Source: Cellvibrionales bacterium
GTDB lineage: Bacteria; Pseudomonadota; Gammaproteobacteria; Pseudomonadales; GM7GCV1
Direction of reading: 5' to 3'
DNA length: 64,000 bases
NCBI GenBank assembly: GCA_014323765.1
Contig: JACONM010000010.1
Location: 188,125-252,124, forward strand
The notes under the pieces are model-generated. The model was given only the letters and a program-made list of their open reading frames with translations. It did not search any database and was not told the DNA's origin. Position 1 is the stretch's first letter; each line of letters starts with the position of its first letter. The position numbers and the translations under genes were made by a program. Below are positions 1 through 9,906 of the stretch, piece after piece.

Positions 1-949
1 AACCAGCTCGAATGGATTCTACAATCGCTGGCGTACCTCCTTCTTCCCGGCGTTCAACGTTTTTTAGATAACTGTGATCTTCGGGATTGACATAAAGCAC
101 TGTGCCCCCTCCGGGTACAGAGGGCACACTGTTAGTCAGCAGACCATCATTGACGATCAATACACCCGGGGTTCCCGGGCCACCGATGAATTTATGTGGC
201 GATATAAAAACCGCATCCTTGCTGGTATCGCCTGCCGCCTGTTGATTGCCCCGCATGTCAATGGCGGTGTAGGGTGCTGCTGCCGCATAATCCCAAAACG
301 ACAGTGCGCCATATTGATGAAGTAGCCTAGAAACAGCATCGACATTAGTCTTTATACCGGTAACATTAGAAGCTGCCGAGAAAGAACCTATCTTGGTAAT
401 GCGGGATTGATATTTTTGCAACGCATGATCAAGCGCATCTATATCCAGCCTGCCATCCCTAGCCAGCGGAATGGTTACCAGCTCAGCGATGCTCTCCCGC
501 CAAGGCAGTTCATTGGAGTGGTGCTCATAGGGGCTAATAAACATCACCGGACGCTGCTTTTCTGGAATCTGCTGACTAAGACCGTATTGCCTGTCTAGAT
601 CATTGGGAATACGAAGATTGAGAATATCCATCAGCTTACTGATCGCCGCTGTGGCGCCCGCACCACAAAAAATCACATGATCTGCATCGCGTGCATTGAC
701 AGCAGAATGTATAGTTTGGCGTGCCTGCTCTCTAAGCGTTGTCGTGTACGATCCAGTAAAAGAGGTTTCGGTATGCGTATTGGCATAATAGGGCAGCACC
801 TGATCTTGTATATAGTTTTCAATAAAGCGCAGACTTCTACCTGAAGCGGTGTAATCGGCATAAATGAGAGGCCGCAAGCCGAAAGGTGTTTTGATGCGTA
901 CGCCCTCACCAATAATAGAAGTGCGGATTTTTTCTATAAGTTGTGTCAT
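1..949 (-). CDS. class V aminotransferase-fold PLP enzyme (cysteine desulfurase / C-S lyase-like); C-terminal part lies beyond the window edge
   Basis: Absent from the ORF track because it is open to the window edge. My reverse-strand translation from ATG at 949 gives MTQLIEKIRTSIIGEGVRIKTPFGLRPLIYADYTASGRSLRFIENYIQDQVLPYYANTHTETSFTGSYTTTLREQA..., a protein-like sequence resembling N-termini of class V aminotransferase family proteins. The short ORFs listed in 74..912 look spurious. Confidence 0.6.
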   Translation of the reverse strand, partial: MTQLIEKIRTSIIGEGVRIKTPFGLRPLIYADYTASGRSLRFIENYIQDQVLPYYANTHTETSFTGSYTTTLREQARQTIHSAVNARDADHVIFCGAGATAAISKLMDILNLRIPNDLDRQYGLSQQIPEKQRPVMFISPYEHHSNELPWRESIAELVTIPLARDGRLDIDALDHALQKYQSRITKIGSFSAASNVTGIKTNVDAVSRLLHQYGALSFWDYAAAAPYTAIDMRGNQQAAGDTSKDAVFISPHKFIGGPGTPGVLIVNDGLLTNSVPSVPGGGTVLYVNPEDHSYLKNVERREEGGTPAIVESIRAG

Positions 950-981
950 TTCTCTGATCTCGACGTAAAATATCTTTGAGG

Positions 982-2160
982 CTAAAAACTGTCCGAAGGT
1001 ATCCGTACCCAACCTTCCATCAGGATGCGCGCACTGCGATTCATAGTAACCTTACTCGCCGTCCAAGATCCTGCGTTTTCAGCGACTGTGCTACCTACTT
1101 GTAGTGTACCCGACGGATGTCCAAAGATTATTGAGTTTCGACTCTCACCACCAGCAGCCAGATTCACCAATGTGCCGGGTACCGCAGCCGCAACGGCAAT
1201 AGCAACAGCAGCCGTACCCATCATAGCATGATGCAATTTACCCATAGATAGTGCCCTGACAACTAAATCAATATCATTAGCTTTTATTTTTTTTCCGCTG
1301 GAAGCTCTATAACCTTTCGCCGGAGCAACAAAAGCAACTTTGGGGGTATGTTGATGCGCCCTTGCCTCATCAATATTTTTTATTAATCCCATTGCCACCG
1401 CACCACAAGCGCGAATAGCCTCAAATTTTGGTAGTGCTTTCTCATCAGCGTTTATTTCTTCCGGTAATTCGATACCCGCATATCCAACTTGCTCGGCAAG
1501 CAAAAAAATTGTTGGGATACCGGCATTGATCATAGTGGCTTTTAGTTTGCCAACGCTAGGCACCTGAAGGTCATCGACACGATTCCCAGTGGGAAACATT
1601 GACTCGCCCTGAACCACTGGATTCATGAAATCGACCTGCACCTGAGCGGCGGGGAAGGTTACGCCATCCAATTCAAAGTCACCCATCTCCTGCACTTCGC
1701 CATTGTTAATGGGCACCCGAACAACAAGGGTCTGCCGAATATTAGCCTGCCAAATACGCACGGTGGCGTAACCATTCACCGGAACTTTGCGGGCATTTAA
1801 AAAACCCTTACTAACGGCAAAAGCCCCCACTGCCGCAACTAGGTTTCCACAGTTACCGCTCCAATCGATGTGGGCTTGATCTATAGATACTTGACCGAAT
1901 AGGTAGTCGACATCATGGTCCGGGCGGTCACTACGAGATAAAATCACTGTTTTACTGGTGCTTGATGTCGCTCCTCCCATGCCGTCGATGTGCCGACCGT
2001 AAGGATCTGGGCTACCGATAACCCGTAACAACATGGCATCGCGAGCCCGTCCCGGTACCTGCGACCGTTTCGGTAAATCATCTAGGCTAAAAAACACTCC
2101 TTTACTGGTGCCCCCGCGCATGTAAGTGGCGGGAATACGAATTTGGTCTGGCATCTTCAT
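982..2160 (-). CDS. prpF: 2-methylaconitate cis-trans isomerase PrpF (AcnD accessory protein)
   Basis: 392-aa ORF. The N-terminus MKMPDQIRIPATYMRGGTSKGVFF is the conserved PrpF signature. It lies directly downstream of acnD. Confidence 0.9.
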   Translation of the reverse strand: MKMPDQIRIPATYMRGGTSKGVFFSLDDLPKRSQVPGRARDAMLLRVIGSPDPYGRHIDGMGGATSSTSKTVILSRSDRPDHDVDYLFGQVSIDQAHIDWSGNCGNLVAAVGAFAVSKGFLNARKVPVNGYATVRIWQANIRQTLVVRVPINNGEVQEMGDFELDGVTFPAAQVQVDFMNPVVQGESMFPTGNRVDDLQVPSVGKLKATMINAGIPTIFLLAEQVGYAGIELPEEINADEKALPKFEAIRACGAVAMGLIKNIDEARAHQHTPKVAFVAPAKGYRASSGKKIKANDIDLVVRALSMGKLHHAMMGTAAVAIAVAAAVPGTLVNLAAGGESRNSIIFGHPSGTLQVGSTVAENAGSWTASKVTMNRSARILMEGWVRIPSDSF

Positions 2161-2187
2161 TGGGTCTTGCCTTCTATAAAGTCATTT

Positions 2188-4809
2188 TTAGGTTGGCGAT
2201 ACGGCAAGAAAATCCTGCGCAAAGCGTTGCAGGATGCCGCCAGCTTCATATATCTGAACCTCTTCCACAGTATCCAAACGACAGCGGAGCGGTACTTTCA
2301 ATAGCTTAACATTCTGCTTTTTAACAAGCAATGTCATGGTGCCCCCTGAACTGTGTTCGCCGATAATATCGTACTGCTCAGTGCCATTAAGCGACAGGGT
2401 TTTGCGCGTGGTGCCGGGTTCAAACTGCAAAGGCAATACCCCCATGCCAACTAAATTGGTGCGGTGAATGCGCTCAAAACTTTCGGCCACAATCGCCTCT
2501 ACACCAGCCAGCCGAACGCCCTTAGCCGCCCAATCTCGTGAGGAACCTTGGCCATAACCTGCGCCAGCGATAATAATCAGCGGCTGTTTGCGCTGCATAT
2601 AGATTTCAATGGCTTCCCACATACGCACAATTTTCCCTTCCGGTTCAATACGCGCTAGTGAGCCTTGTATGACCTCGCCATTTTTTTGTACCATTTCATT
2701 TAGTAATTTAGGATTAGCAAAGGTTGCCCGCTGTGCAGTCAAGTGATCCCCACGATGCGTCGCATAGGAATTAAAGTCTTCTTCAGGCAACCCCATTTTT
2801 GCCAAATATTCACCGGCTGCGCTAGAGGCTAGAATGGCATTGGACGGTGATAAATGATCGGTAGTGATATTGTCCCCCAAAATTGCCAGTGGCCGCATGT
2901 TTTTTAGCCGTCGGCTACTGGCTAAGGCTCCCTCCCAATAAGGTGGGCGGCGTATATAAGTGCTATGTTCACGCCAACTATACAGCGGGTCAACCGGCTG
3001 AGCGTAATCATCACGGTGTTCAAACATGGGAATATATACATCGCGAAACTGAGCAGGTTTCACGTTGGCATTCACCATGGCATCAATTTCCTCGTCAGCA
3101 GGCCAAATATCTTTCAATCTAATAGGGTTGCTCTTTTGGTCATGCCCCAAAACACCCTCTTCGATGTCAAAATGAATACTCCCGGCAATCGCATAGGCCA
3201 CTACCAATGGGGGGCTTGCCAGAAAAGCATGCTTAGCGTAAGGGTGAATACGCCCATCAAAATTTCGATTTCCAGACAATACTGCTGTGGCATACATATC
3301 TCGCTCAATAACTTCCTTTTCAATATATGGATCAAGCGCACCGCTCATGCCGTTACAGGTGGTACAGGCAAAACCAACGATACCAAATCCGAGTGCCTCT
3401 AATTCCTTCAGAAGCCCCGCCTCCTCAAGGTAGCTTTTTACTACTTTGGATCCCGGTGCCAGCGATGTCTTTACCCAGGGTTTGCGTTGCAATCCCAATC
3501 TGTTGGCGTTGCGCGCCAATAAACCTGCCGCGATTACATTACGCGGGTTGCTGGTGTTGGTGCAACTGGTAATAGCGGCGATAATTACCGCGCCATCTGG
3601 CATCTGGTTATCCTGATCTCGGTATTTTTTTGCTATTCCATGTGCAGCTAAATCAGTAGTCGCCACACGGCGATGCGGATTAGAAGGCCCGGCTAGATTG
3701 CGGCCTACTTGGGACAGATCAAATTTCAAAACCCGATCGTATCGTGCGTTCTGCATACTATCGGCCCATAAACCTGTTTTTTTGGCATAGTTTTCAACTA
3801 ACTGAACTTGCTGCTCGTCGCGACCGGTCAACCGCAGATAATCTAGAGTTTTTTGATCTATATAAAACATGGTAGCGGTAGCACCAAATTCGGGGGTCAT
3901 ATTGGATATAGTGGCGCGGTCGCCCAGTGTCAGATCAAATACGCCCTCACCGTAGAATTCCAGATAAGCTGCTATCACTCCTTCATTGCGTAAAAATTCG
4001 GTAATTGCCAATACGATATCGGTAGCGGTAATTCCTGGCTGGCGTTTTCCAGCCAGATGAACGCCAACCATATGCGGCAAGCGCATCCAAGATGCACGTC
4101 CCAACATAACACTTTCCGCTTCTAAGCCGCCCACTCCTATAGCTATAACACCCAGCGCATCGACGTGTGGCGTATGACTGTCGGTGCCTACCAAAGTATC
4201 AGGGAAAGCAATACCGTCAATTGCGTGAATTACCGGGGACATGCGCTCTAGATTAATTTGGTGCATGATGCCGTTACCCGGCCCGATCACCTCGACATTT
4301 TTAAATGCCATTTTGGCCCAATTGATAAAGTGAAAGCGATCGTCGTTACGGCGATCTTCAATAGCACGATTTTTTTCAAGGGCATCCCGATCAAATCCTG
4401 CATGCTCGACCGCCAGGGAGTGGTCGACTATCAGCTGTGTGGGCACCACCGGATTGACTGCGGCGGGATCACCGCCCTGTTTGGCAATGGCATCGCGTAG
4501 ACCGGCGAGGTCCACTAATGCGGTTTGCCCCAGAATATCGTGGCAAACCACCCGCGCCGGATACCATGGAAAATCGAGATCTCGCTTGCGCTCAATAATT
4601 TGTGAAAGACTGGCGGTCAGTTTTTCCGGAGGGCATCGACGCACTAGATTTTCAGCTAGAATTCGCGAACTGTAAGGCAGTTCAGTGTAAGCACCGGGCT
4701 GAATCTCTTCGATCGCTTGCTCTGCATCAAAATAATCCAGCTGGGTACCGGGTAGGCGTTTTCGATATGCGGTGTTCGCCGCCAAGCAAGATAAATCAGA
4801 CACTGTCAT
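2188..4809 (-). CDS. acnD: Fe/S-dependent 2-methylcitrate dehydratase AcnD (aconitase family)
   Basis: 873-aa aconitase-family ORF. The N-terminus YRKRLPGTQLDYFDAEQAIEEIQPGAYTELPYSSRILAENLVRRC is typical of AcnD. Cluster-ligand regions ITSCTNTSN and CTTCNG are present. It sits between prpC and prpF. Confidence 0.9.
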   Translation of the reverse strand: MTVSDLSCLAANTAYRKRLPGTQLDYFDAEQAIEEIQPGAYTELPYSSRILAENLVRRCPPEKLTASLSQIIERKRDLDFPWYPARVVCHDILGQTALVDLAGLRDAIAKQGGDPAAVNPVVPTQLIVDHSLAVEHAGFDRDALEKNRAIEDRRNDDRFHFINWAKMAFKNVEVIGPGNGIMHQINLERMSPVIHAIDGIAFPDTLVGTDSHTPHVDALGVIAIGVGGLEAESVMLGRASWMRLPHMVGVHLAGKRQPGITATDIVLAITEFLRNEGVIAAYLEFYGEGVFDLTLGDRATISNMTPEFGATATMFYIDQKTLDYLRLTGRDEQQVQLVENYAKKTGLWADSMQNARYDRVLKFDLSQVGRNLAGPSNPHRRVATTDLAAHGIAKKYRDQDNQMPDGAVIIAAITSCTNTSNPRNVIAAGLLARNANRLGLQRKPWVKTSLAPGSKVVKSYLEEAGLLKELEALGFGIVGFACTTCNGMSGALDPYIEKEVIERDMYATAVLSGNRNFDGRIHPYAKHAFLASPPLVVAYAIAGSIHFDIEEGVLGHDQKSNPIRLKDIWPADEEIDAMVNANVKPAQFRDVYIPMFEHRDDYAQPVDPLYSWREHSTYIRRPPYWEGALASSRRLKNMRPLAILGDNITTDHLSPSNAILASSAAGEYLAKMGLPEEDFNSYATHRGDHLTAQRATFANPKLLNEMVQKNGEVIQGSLARIEPEGKIVRMWEAIEIYMQRKQPLIIIAGAGYGQGSSRDWAAKGVRLAGVEAIVAESFERIHRTNLVGMGVLPLQFEPGTTRKTLSLNGTEQYDIIGEHSSGGTMTLLVKKQNVKLLKVPLRCRLDTVEEVQIYEAGGILQRFAQDFLAVSPT

Positions 4810-4821
4810 AGGAATATAAAA

Positions 4822-5949
4822 CTAGCGCTGGTCTATGGGCAGCACTGTGCGCACCGCTGGCCCAATATACTCGGCATTCGGACGGATGATACGATTATCC
4901 GCACGTTGCTCAAAGATATGAGCAGCCCAGCCGCTAATGCGAGACATGACAAAAATGGGAGTGAACAGTGCGGTGGGAATCCCCATAAAGTGGTAAGTGG
5001 ATGCATGGAAAAAATCGGCGTTACAAAAAAGCTTTTTCTCGCGCCACATGACTTCTTCGCAACGTACCGACACCGGATAAAGCTGAGTATCGCCCACCTC
5101 TTCGGCTAGTTTCTTTGACCATTTTTTGATAATGCCATTGCGAGGATCGGAATCACGATACACTGCATGTCCAAAACCCATGATTTTTTCCTTGCGCTTC
5201 AGTTTGGCCATTAACTCCGCCTCGGCCTCGATGGGGCTTTGCCAGTTTTCGATCATCGCCATGGCCGCCTCATTAGCTCCGCCATGTAGCGGCCCACGCA
5301 ATGAACCAATGGCTCCCGCAATGCAGCTGTGAAAATCAGACAGGGTGGATGCGCAGACACGTGCGGTGAAGGTGGAGGCATTAAATTCATGCTCGGCATA
5401 TAGGATCAGCGATACATGCATGACCTGCTCGTGCAATGCACTAGGAGCTTGGCCGTGCAGCATATGCAGAAAGTGTCCGCCGATGGAATCCGCATCGGTA
5501 TCGATATCTAAACGCACAGTGTCATGACTGTAGCGGTACCAGTAAGTTACTATGCTAGGCAGTACCGCTAATAGACGATCAGCATGCTCACGCTGTGTGG
5601 AAAAATCTTTTTCGGTCTCCAGATTACCTAGCATGGAAACGCCGGTTCTGAGAACATCCATAGGGTGCGCATCGGCAGGAATACGTTCCAATACTTCCTT
5701 TAATGGCCTAGGCAGATCGCGCAATCCTTGCAGCTTAGCCTGATAAGCCTGCAACTGTTGCCGATTCGGTAATTCGCCGTTAAACAGCAAATAGGCGACC
5801 TCTTCAAATTTGCAATGCTCGGCCAAGTCTTCGACGTTGTAACCGTAATAGGTTAATCCGGAATGATCATGGGCGGCGACTGTGCATATCGCCGTTTTGC
5901 CCGCTACTTGATCTCTTAATCCTGCGCCTGCCAATTTTTTCTGCGTCAT
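4822..5949 (-). CDS. prpC: 2-methylcitrate synthase
   Basis: 375-aa citrate synthase-family ORF with GPLHGGANEAAM and GFGHAVYRDSDPRN motifs, located between prpB and acnD. Confidence 0.85.
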   Translation of the reverse strand: MTQKKLAGAGLRDQVAGKTAICTVAAHDHSGLTYYGYNVEDLAEHCKFEEVAYLLFNGELPNRQQLQAYQAKLQGLRDLPRPLKEVLERIPADAHPMDVLRTGVSMLGNLETEKDFSTQREHADRLLAVLPSIVTYWYRYSHDTVRLDIDTDADSIGGHFLHMLHGQAPSALHEQVMHVSLILYAEHEFNASTFTARVCASTLSDFHSCIAGAIGSLRGPLHGGANEAAMAMIENWQSPIEAEAELMAKLKRKEKIMGFGHAVYRDSDPRNGIIKKWSKKLAEEVGDTQLYPVSVRCEEVMWREKKLFCNADFFHASTYHFMGIPTALFTPIFVMSRISGWAAHIFEQRADNRIIRPNAEYIGPAVRTVLPIDQR

Positions 5950-5970
5950 GATGCGTCCGCCGTGTTTGCG

Positions 5971-6852
5971 TTAGTTGCTTTTGCTTGCAGCAAAAAGTGT
6001 ATCCAGTTTGCTTTCATAGTCGTGATAGCCGAGATAATCATAGAGTTCCATGCGCGTTTGCATTTTTGCGACCATTGCCTTTTGATCGCCTGCTTGCAAT
6101 AGATGGCGATATACCTCTTCGGCGGCTTTGTTCATAGCGCGCACCGCCGTTAGCGGATACAGAATTATATCGACACCGTTAGTCGCCAATTCTGCCTTAT
6201 TGAACAGGGGCGATACGCCAAATTCGGTCATGTTGGCTAACAGCGGTGCGTCAATGGATTCCTTAAAGGCTTGATATTCACCCAATTCGGACATGGCCTC
6301 GGCAAAGATACCATCGGCACCTGCTTCAATATACGCGCCCATTCGGTCAATAGCAGCATTCAACCCTTCGCATGCATAGGCATCCGTGCGTGCCATAATA
6401 AAAAAATGTTCGTCCGTTTTAGCATCTACCGCTGCCTTGATCCGATCGACCATTTCTGCTTTGCCAACGATTGCCTTGTTTGGTCGGTGGCCGCAGCGTT
6501 TTTGCGCCACTTGATCCTCGATATGCACTGCCGCCACGCCTGCGCGAATAGTCTCTTTAATCGTGCGGGCGATATTAAATGCGCCGCCCCAGCCCGTGTC
6601 TATATCGACCATCAGGGGAAGATCTACCGCCGCAGTAATCCGCCGGGCATCTTCAAGTACATCGTTCATGGAAGTGATGCCTAGATCCGGCAGGCCAAAA
6701 GAAGCATTGGCGCAAGCACCCCCCGAAATATAAATCGCCTGATGACCGATTTTCTCAGCCATTAATGCGGTGTAGGCGTTAATGGTGCCAACCACCTGCA
6801 ACGGTCTATTTTCAGCTAACGCCTGCCTGAACCGAGCACCGGGCATCGGCAT
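5971..6852 (-). CDS. prpB: 2-methylisocitrate lyase
   Basis: Isocitrate lyase/PEP mutase family with the catalytic-loop motif [15 protein letters not shown]. The ORF is open to 6867, but the ATG at 6852 (MPMPGARF...) has GAGAGG 8 nt upstream, so this start is refined. Confidence 0.88.
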   Translation of the reverse strand: MPMPGARFRQALAENRPLQVVGTINAYTALMAEKIGHQAIYISGGACANASFGLPDLGITSMNDVLEDARRITAAVDLPLMVDIDTGWGGAFNIARTIKETIRAGVAAVHIEDQVAQKRCGHRPNKAIVGKAEMVDRIKAAVDAKTDEHFFIMARTDAYACEGLNAAIDRMGAYIEAGADGIFAEAMSELGEYQAFKESIDAPLLANMTEFGVSPLFNKAELATNGVDIILYPLTAVRAMNKAAEEVYRHLLQAGDQKAMVAKMQTRMELYDYLGYHDYESKLDTLFAASKSN

Positions 6853-6963
6853 TTTCACGCCTCTCATGCGTCAAGCGCATAATCCTACAAACGGTGGCGG
6901 ATTGAAGCACAATCCCACTGATTTTGCAATGATTCGGGCTTGATAGGGGCTGAGATAAATGGG

Positions 6964-7146
6964 CTAGTAGACAGCCCCATCGATCTTGTAGTGCTCGGGG
7001 CCGAGCGGTGTGTTTTTTGGCGTGGGGGTGGCCGGTGCTCGCTGGGCGGGATCTAGAGAATGCCAGCGGTATTCGGTGTAAAAATAGGCGGCGGCAAAGG
7101 CTAGGGTTCCCAGTACCAGTGCCTTCAGTAGGATTAACTCGAACAT
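6964..7146 (-). CDS. small hypothetical membrane protein (60 aa, one N-terminal TM helix)
   Basis: ORF MFELILLKALVLGTLAFAAAYFYTEYRW... is preceded by a strong SD (GGAGGAAGcaaagATG on the minus strand). I recognise no family. Confidence 0.4.
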   Translation of the reverse strand: MFELILLKALVLGTLAFAAAYFYTEYRWHSLDPAQRAPATPTPKNTPLGPEHYKIDGAVY

Positions 7147-7226
7147 CTTTGCTTCCTCCGGTTGAGTTGCCGTGCATTCTGGGGGTACCGCCTAATCAAT
7201 AAAACTCGATATGTGCGTGTATAGCC

Positions 7227-7241
7227 ATCGATTTTATCGAT
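7227..7241. promoter_or_regulatory. dyad ATCGAT-TTT-ATCGAT containing a T-N11-A (LysR-type) box
   Basis: Read directly: the inverted repeat TCGAT/ATCGA fits the LysR T-N11-A pattern. It lies about 100 bp upstream of the LysR gene and about 80 bp upstream of the divergent small ORF. Confidence 0.3.
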
Positions 7242-7340
7242 TATTGGCGAGTATCTCCGAGCGGATGCGACCGGGGCGGGCTCTAAAATACACAAAAATA
7301 GATATAATCTGCCCATAAATTAGGCTTTTCTCTATATCCA

Positions 7341-8279
7341 ATGCCCAAATCCAGACTCCATGCCCGCATCGGCACCCTGCGCCAGCTGGAGATTCTGCTG
7401 GCCGTCCACGATCACGGCAGCATCAACGGGGCGGCCAAGGCCCTGTTTCTCACCCAGCCGAGCGTCTCCATGCAAATGAAAAAGCTGGCTGAGGCCATCG
7501 ATGCGCCGCTCTACCACCTAGTCCACCGCAAACTGGTCTTCACCGAGCATGGCCTAGAGCTGGTCAAGACCGCGGTGGAGGTGCTCGACAGCTTCGCCAA
7601 ACTGGACATGTCGTTGCGCGCTATGAACGAGCTGCGCTCCGGCACTCTGCGGTTGGCGGTGGTCAACACCTCGCAATACTTCATCCCCCACCTGCTCGGC
7701 CCATTTTGCGAACGCTACCCCGGCATCAATGTGCAGCTGCGGATCGGCAACCGCGGCCAGACTATCGAACGCCTCAAACACGGCATCGAGGATTTTTACG
7801 TCTTCAGCCACCCGCCGCACGAGTTGGCCACCGAGCGCATTGAATTCCTCGACAACCCGCTGGTGGCCATCGCCCATGCTGGCCACCGGTTAGCGCGTCA
7901 GAAAACGGTGTCGCTGGAAGAATTTTGCGCCGAACCCTTCCTAATGCGCGAAGAAGGCTCCGGCACCCGCCACGCCATCGAGACCTTTATGCGGCAGCAG
8001 GGATCTCGGCTCAATGTGAAGATGACCATCGAAGGCAATGTCGCCATCAAGCATTCGGTGATGTCGAAGCTGGGCGTTTCCATCCTATCCGAACACACCC
8101 TCTCGTTCGGCGAGCAGGCCGGTCTCGCTACCCTGCCGGTGCGCGGCTTGCCGATCGACTCGCACTGGTTTTTTCTGTGGTCAAAGAGCAAACGACCGAC
8201 TGTGATTGCAGCCGAATTTTTGCACTATGTGGAAACCGAGGGCAAGCAGGCCCTGTTGGCTGAACTGGCCAAAAACTAA
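7341..8279 (+). CDS. LysR-family transcriptional regulator (CbbR-like)
   Basis: 312 aa with an N-terminal wHTH (INGAAKALFLTQPSVSMQMKKLAE) and a LysR substrate-binding domain of typical length. Confidence 0.9.
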   Translation: MPKSRLHARIGTLRQLEILLAVHDHGSINGAAKALFLTQPSVSMQMKKLAEAIDAPLYHLVHRKLVFTEHGLELVKTAVEVLDSFAKLDMSLRAMNELRSGTLRLAVVNTSQYFIPHLLGPFCERYPGINVQLRIGNRGQTIERLKHGIEDFYVFSHPPHELATERIEFLDNPLVAIAHAGHRLARQKTVSLEEFCAEPFLMREEGSGTRHAIETFMRQQGSRLNVKMTIEGNVAIKHSVMSKLGVSILSEHTLSFGEQAGLATLPVRGLPIDSHWFFLWSKSKRPTVIAAEFLHYVETEGKQALLAELAKN

Positions 8280-9697
8280 AGGGCGCTGAAAGCGGCGAGT
8301 GCCCGCTGCCGCGATGGCTGGATATCGACAAGGGGGTGCGGGTAATCCTCGCCCAGCCGGATATTGGCGGCGCACAACACCGGCGGCGGTGCGGCCCATG
8401 GTTTGTACAGATATTTGGCTGGCAGGCGGGCCAATTCTGGCAGGTAGCGACGGGTGTACTGGCCGTCGGGGTCAAATTTTTCCCCCTGCGTGATGGGGTT
8501 AAAAATGCGGAAATAGGGCGCGGCATCGGCTCCGCAGCCGGCCACCCACTGCCAGCTGGCACTGTTGTTAGCCAGGTCCGCATCAAACAGGCAATCCCAA
8601 AACCAACGCGCTCCGCAACGCCAATCCAGCAGCAGGTTTTTGACCAAAAAGGAGGCCACCACCATGCGCACACGGTTGTGCATGGTGCCGGTTTGCCAAA
8701 GTTCGCGCATGCCGGCATCGACCAGCGGATGGCCAGTTTGTCCGCGCTGCCATGCCTTTAACCGGGCCGGATCCTGCCCCCAAGGGAAGCGTTCAAATTT
8801 CGCCTGCAGGCATTGCTCGGGCAGGGCGGGGAAGTGATAGAGCAGCGAATAAGAAAACTCGCGCCAGCCTAGCTCGCTGGCAAAGTGCTCAAGATTGGGA
8901 TCAGCACCGCGACCATGCACCGCGTACCACACCTGATTCGGCGATAGTTGCCCAAAATGCAAGTAAGGCGACAGGCGGGAGGTGGCCTGCTCAGCGGGCC
9001 GGTCGCGCCCCTGCCGGTAACGGGGTAGACCGCGTTGTAAAAAGGCAGCGAGTGCCGCCTGCGCCCCTGCCTCGCTAATCTGCCAGTCTGCCACGACCGC
9101 GGTGTGCCAGGGTTTGTCCGGCAATAGCCGCAAATCTTCGCTGGTGGCCGCTTCCATGCCTCCGGTACATGTCCGCCGTGCGATGCGCAGCGGCGGGATC
9201 TTAAGCGGGGGGCGTGGCGGCGGGGCTTGCAGGCAACCTCTGCGGAAATAGGGCGTGAACACCCGATAGGGCGCACCATCCGCCTTGAGCACCTCCCAAG
9301 GCTCCCACAGTAGGCTACCGTTGTGGGTGTGGACCGCAATGCCGGCCCGGCTAAGTGCCGCTTCAATCTGCCGGTCGCGCTTTGTGCGCCAGGGTTCGTA
9401 ACAGCGGCTCCAATGGACGGCTTGTACCGAATGCTGCGCGCAGAGGCGCGGCAGAATCTGCAACGGATCGCCAGTGAAAATGCGCAGCTGACCGGACAGG
9501 CTGGCATTCAGGCTGTGCAGGGCGTGGTGCAGCCAGACGCGACTGGCTGCGCCCATGCGCCAAGGGGGCGCATTGACATCATCCAGAATATAGACTGGCA
9601 GCAACCGACCGGCGGTAGCGGCGGCACAGAGGGCCGGGTTGTCTGCCAGCCGTAAATCCTGGCGAAACCAAATAAGCTGGACGGGGTCTAGTGCCAT
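8276..9697 (-). CDS. phrB: deoxyribodipyrimidine photolyase (class I CPD photolyase/cryptochrome family)
   Basis: 473 aa. N-terminal WFRQDLRLADNPAL, and C-terminal FAD-domain motifs TGHPLVDAGMRELWQTGTMHNRVRM and DADLANNSASWQW. Confidence 0.9.
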   Translation of the reverse strand: MALDPVQLIWFRQDLRLADNPALCAAATAGRLLPVYILDDVNAPPWRMGAASRVWLHHALHSLNASLSGQLRIFTGDPLQILPRLCAQHSVQAVHWSRCYEPWRTKRDRQIEAALSRAGIAVHTHNGSLLWEPWEVLKADGAPYRVFTPYFRRGCLQAPPPRPPLKIPPLRIARRTCTGGMEAATSEDLRLLPDKPWHTAVVADWQISEAGAQAALAAFLQRGLPRYRQGRDRPAEQATSRLSPYLHFGQLSPNQVWYAVHGRGADPNLEHFASELGWREFSYSLLYHFPALPEQCLQAKFERFPWGQDPARLKAWQRGQTGHPLVDAGMRELWQTGTMHNRVRMVVASFLVKNLLLDWRCGARWFWDCLFDADLANNSASWQWVAGCGADAAPYFRIFNPITQGEKFDPDGQYTRRYLPELARLPAKYLYKPWAAPPPVLCAANIRLGEDYPHPLVDIQPSRQRALAAFSAL

Positions 9698-9739
9698 CGA
9701 TCGGCTGTATCTTGTAAGGTCGTTGGGGCGCAGGTTGTA

Positions 9740-9768
9740 TTGACAGATTGGAATGTGGCCAGCACAAT
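9740..9768 (+). promoter_or_regulatory. candidate sigma-70 promoter for tRNA-Met (TTGACA-N17-CACAAT)
   Basis: Exact -35 TTGACA at 9740..9745. A 17-nt spacer leads to CACAAT at 9763..9768, about 60 nt upstream of the tRNA. Confidence 0.35.
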
Positions 9769-9829
9769 CCGCACCCGGCGGCGGTCCTCATCAGACGGGC
9801 CTATCGGGGGGTTGTCCCTACCGGGTTCT

Positions 9830-9906
9830 GGCTACGTAGCTCAGCTGGTTAGAGCACAGCATTCATAATGCTGGGGTCGGTGGTTCAAGTCCACCCGTAG
9901 CTACCA
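9830..9906 (+). tRNA. tRNA-Met (anticodon CAT), elongator type
   Basis: GGCTACGTAGCTCAGCTGGTTAGAGCACAGCATTCATAATGCTGGGGTCGGTGGTTCAAGTCCACCCGTAGCTACCA folds as a cloverleaf. The acceptor stem GGCTACG/CGTAGCT has a G1-U72 wobble, the anticodon stem is CAGCA/TGCTG, the loop is TTCATAA, and CCA is encoded. It is very similar to E. coli metT from memory. Confidence 0.95.

Noticed and set aside
74-912. Four short ORFs (62-83 aa) listed in the first 950 nt
   Set aside because: The minus-strand frame starting at the ATG at 949 is open to the window edge and encodes a coherent class V aminotransferase-like N-terminus. The listed ORFs overlap it and look non-protein-like.
982-6963. Idea that the PrpR-like sigma-54 activator at 52743..54623 controls the methylcitrate operon
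   Set aside because: I found no TGGCAC-N5-TTGC-like element in 6868..6963 upstream of prpB. The only exact -24/-12 element lies directly downstream of the activator gene, in front of a different operon. Remote regulation cannot be excluded without experiments.
8128-9791. Multiple 60-210-aa ORFs on both strands overlapping the photolyase gene
   Set aside because: The 473-aa photolyase frame carries all family motifs. The others are R/P/A-rich shadows in high-GC sequence.
9830-9906. tRNA-Met as the attachment site of an integrated genomic island
   Set aside because: There is no integrase, excisionase or transposase anywhere in the window, and I saw no direct repeat of the tRNA 3' end by eye. 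The visible GC shift is at about 7330, not at the tRNA. A computational search for a second copy of the last 20-45 nt of the tRNA would settle this.
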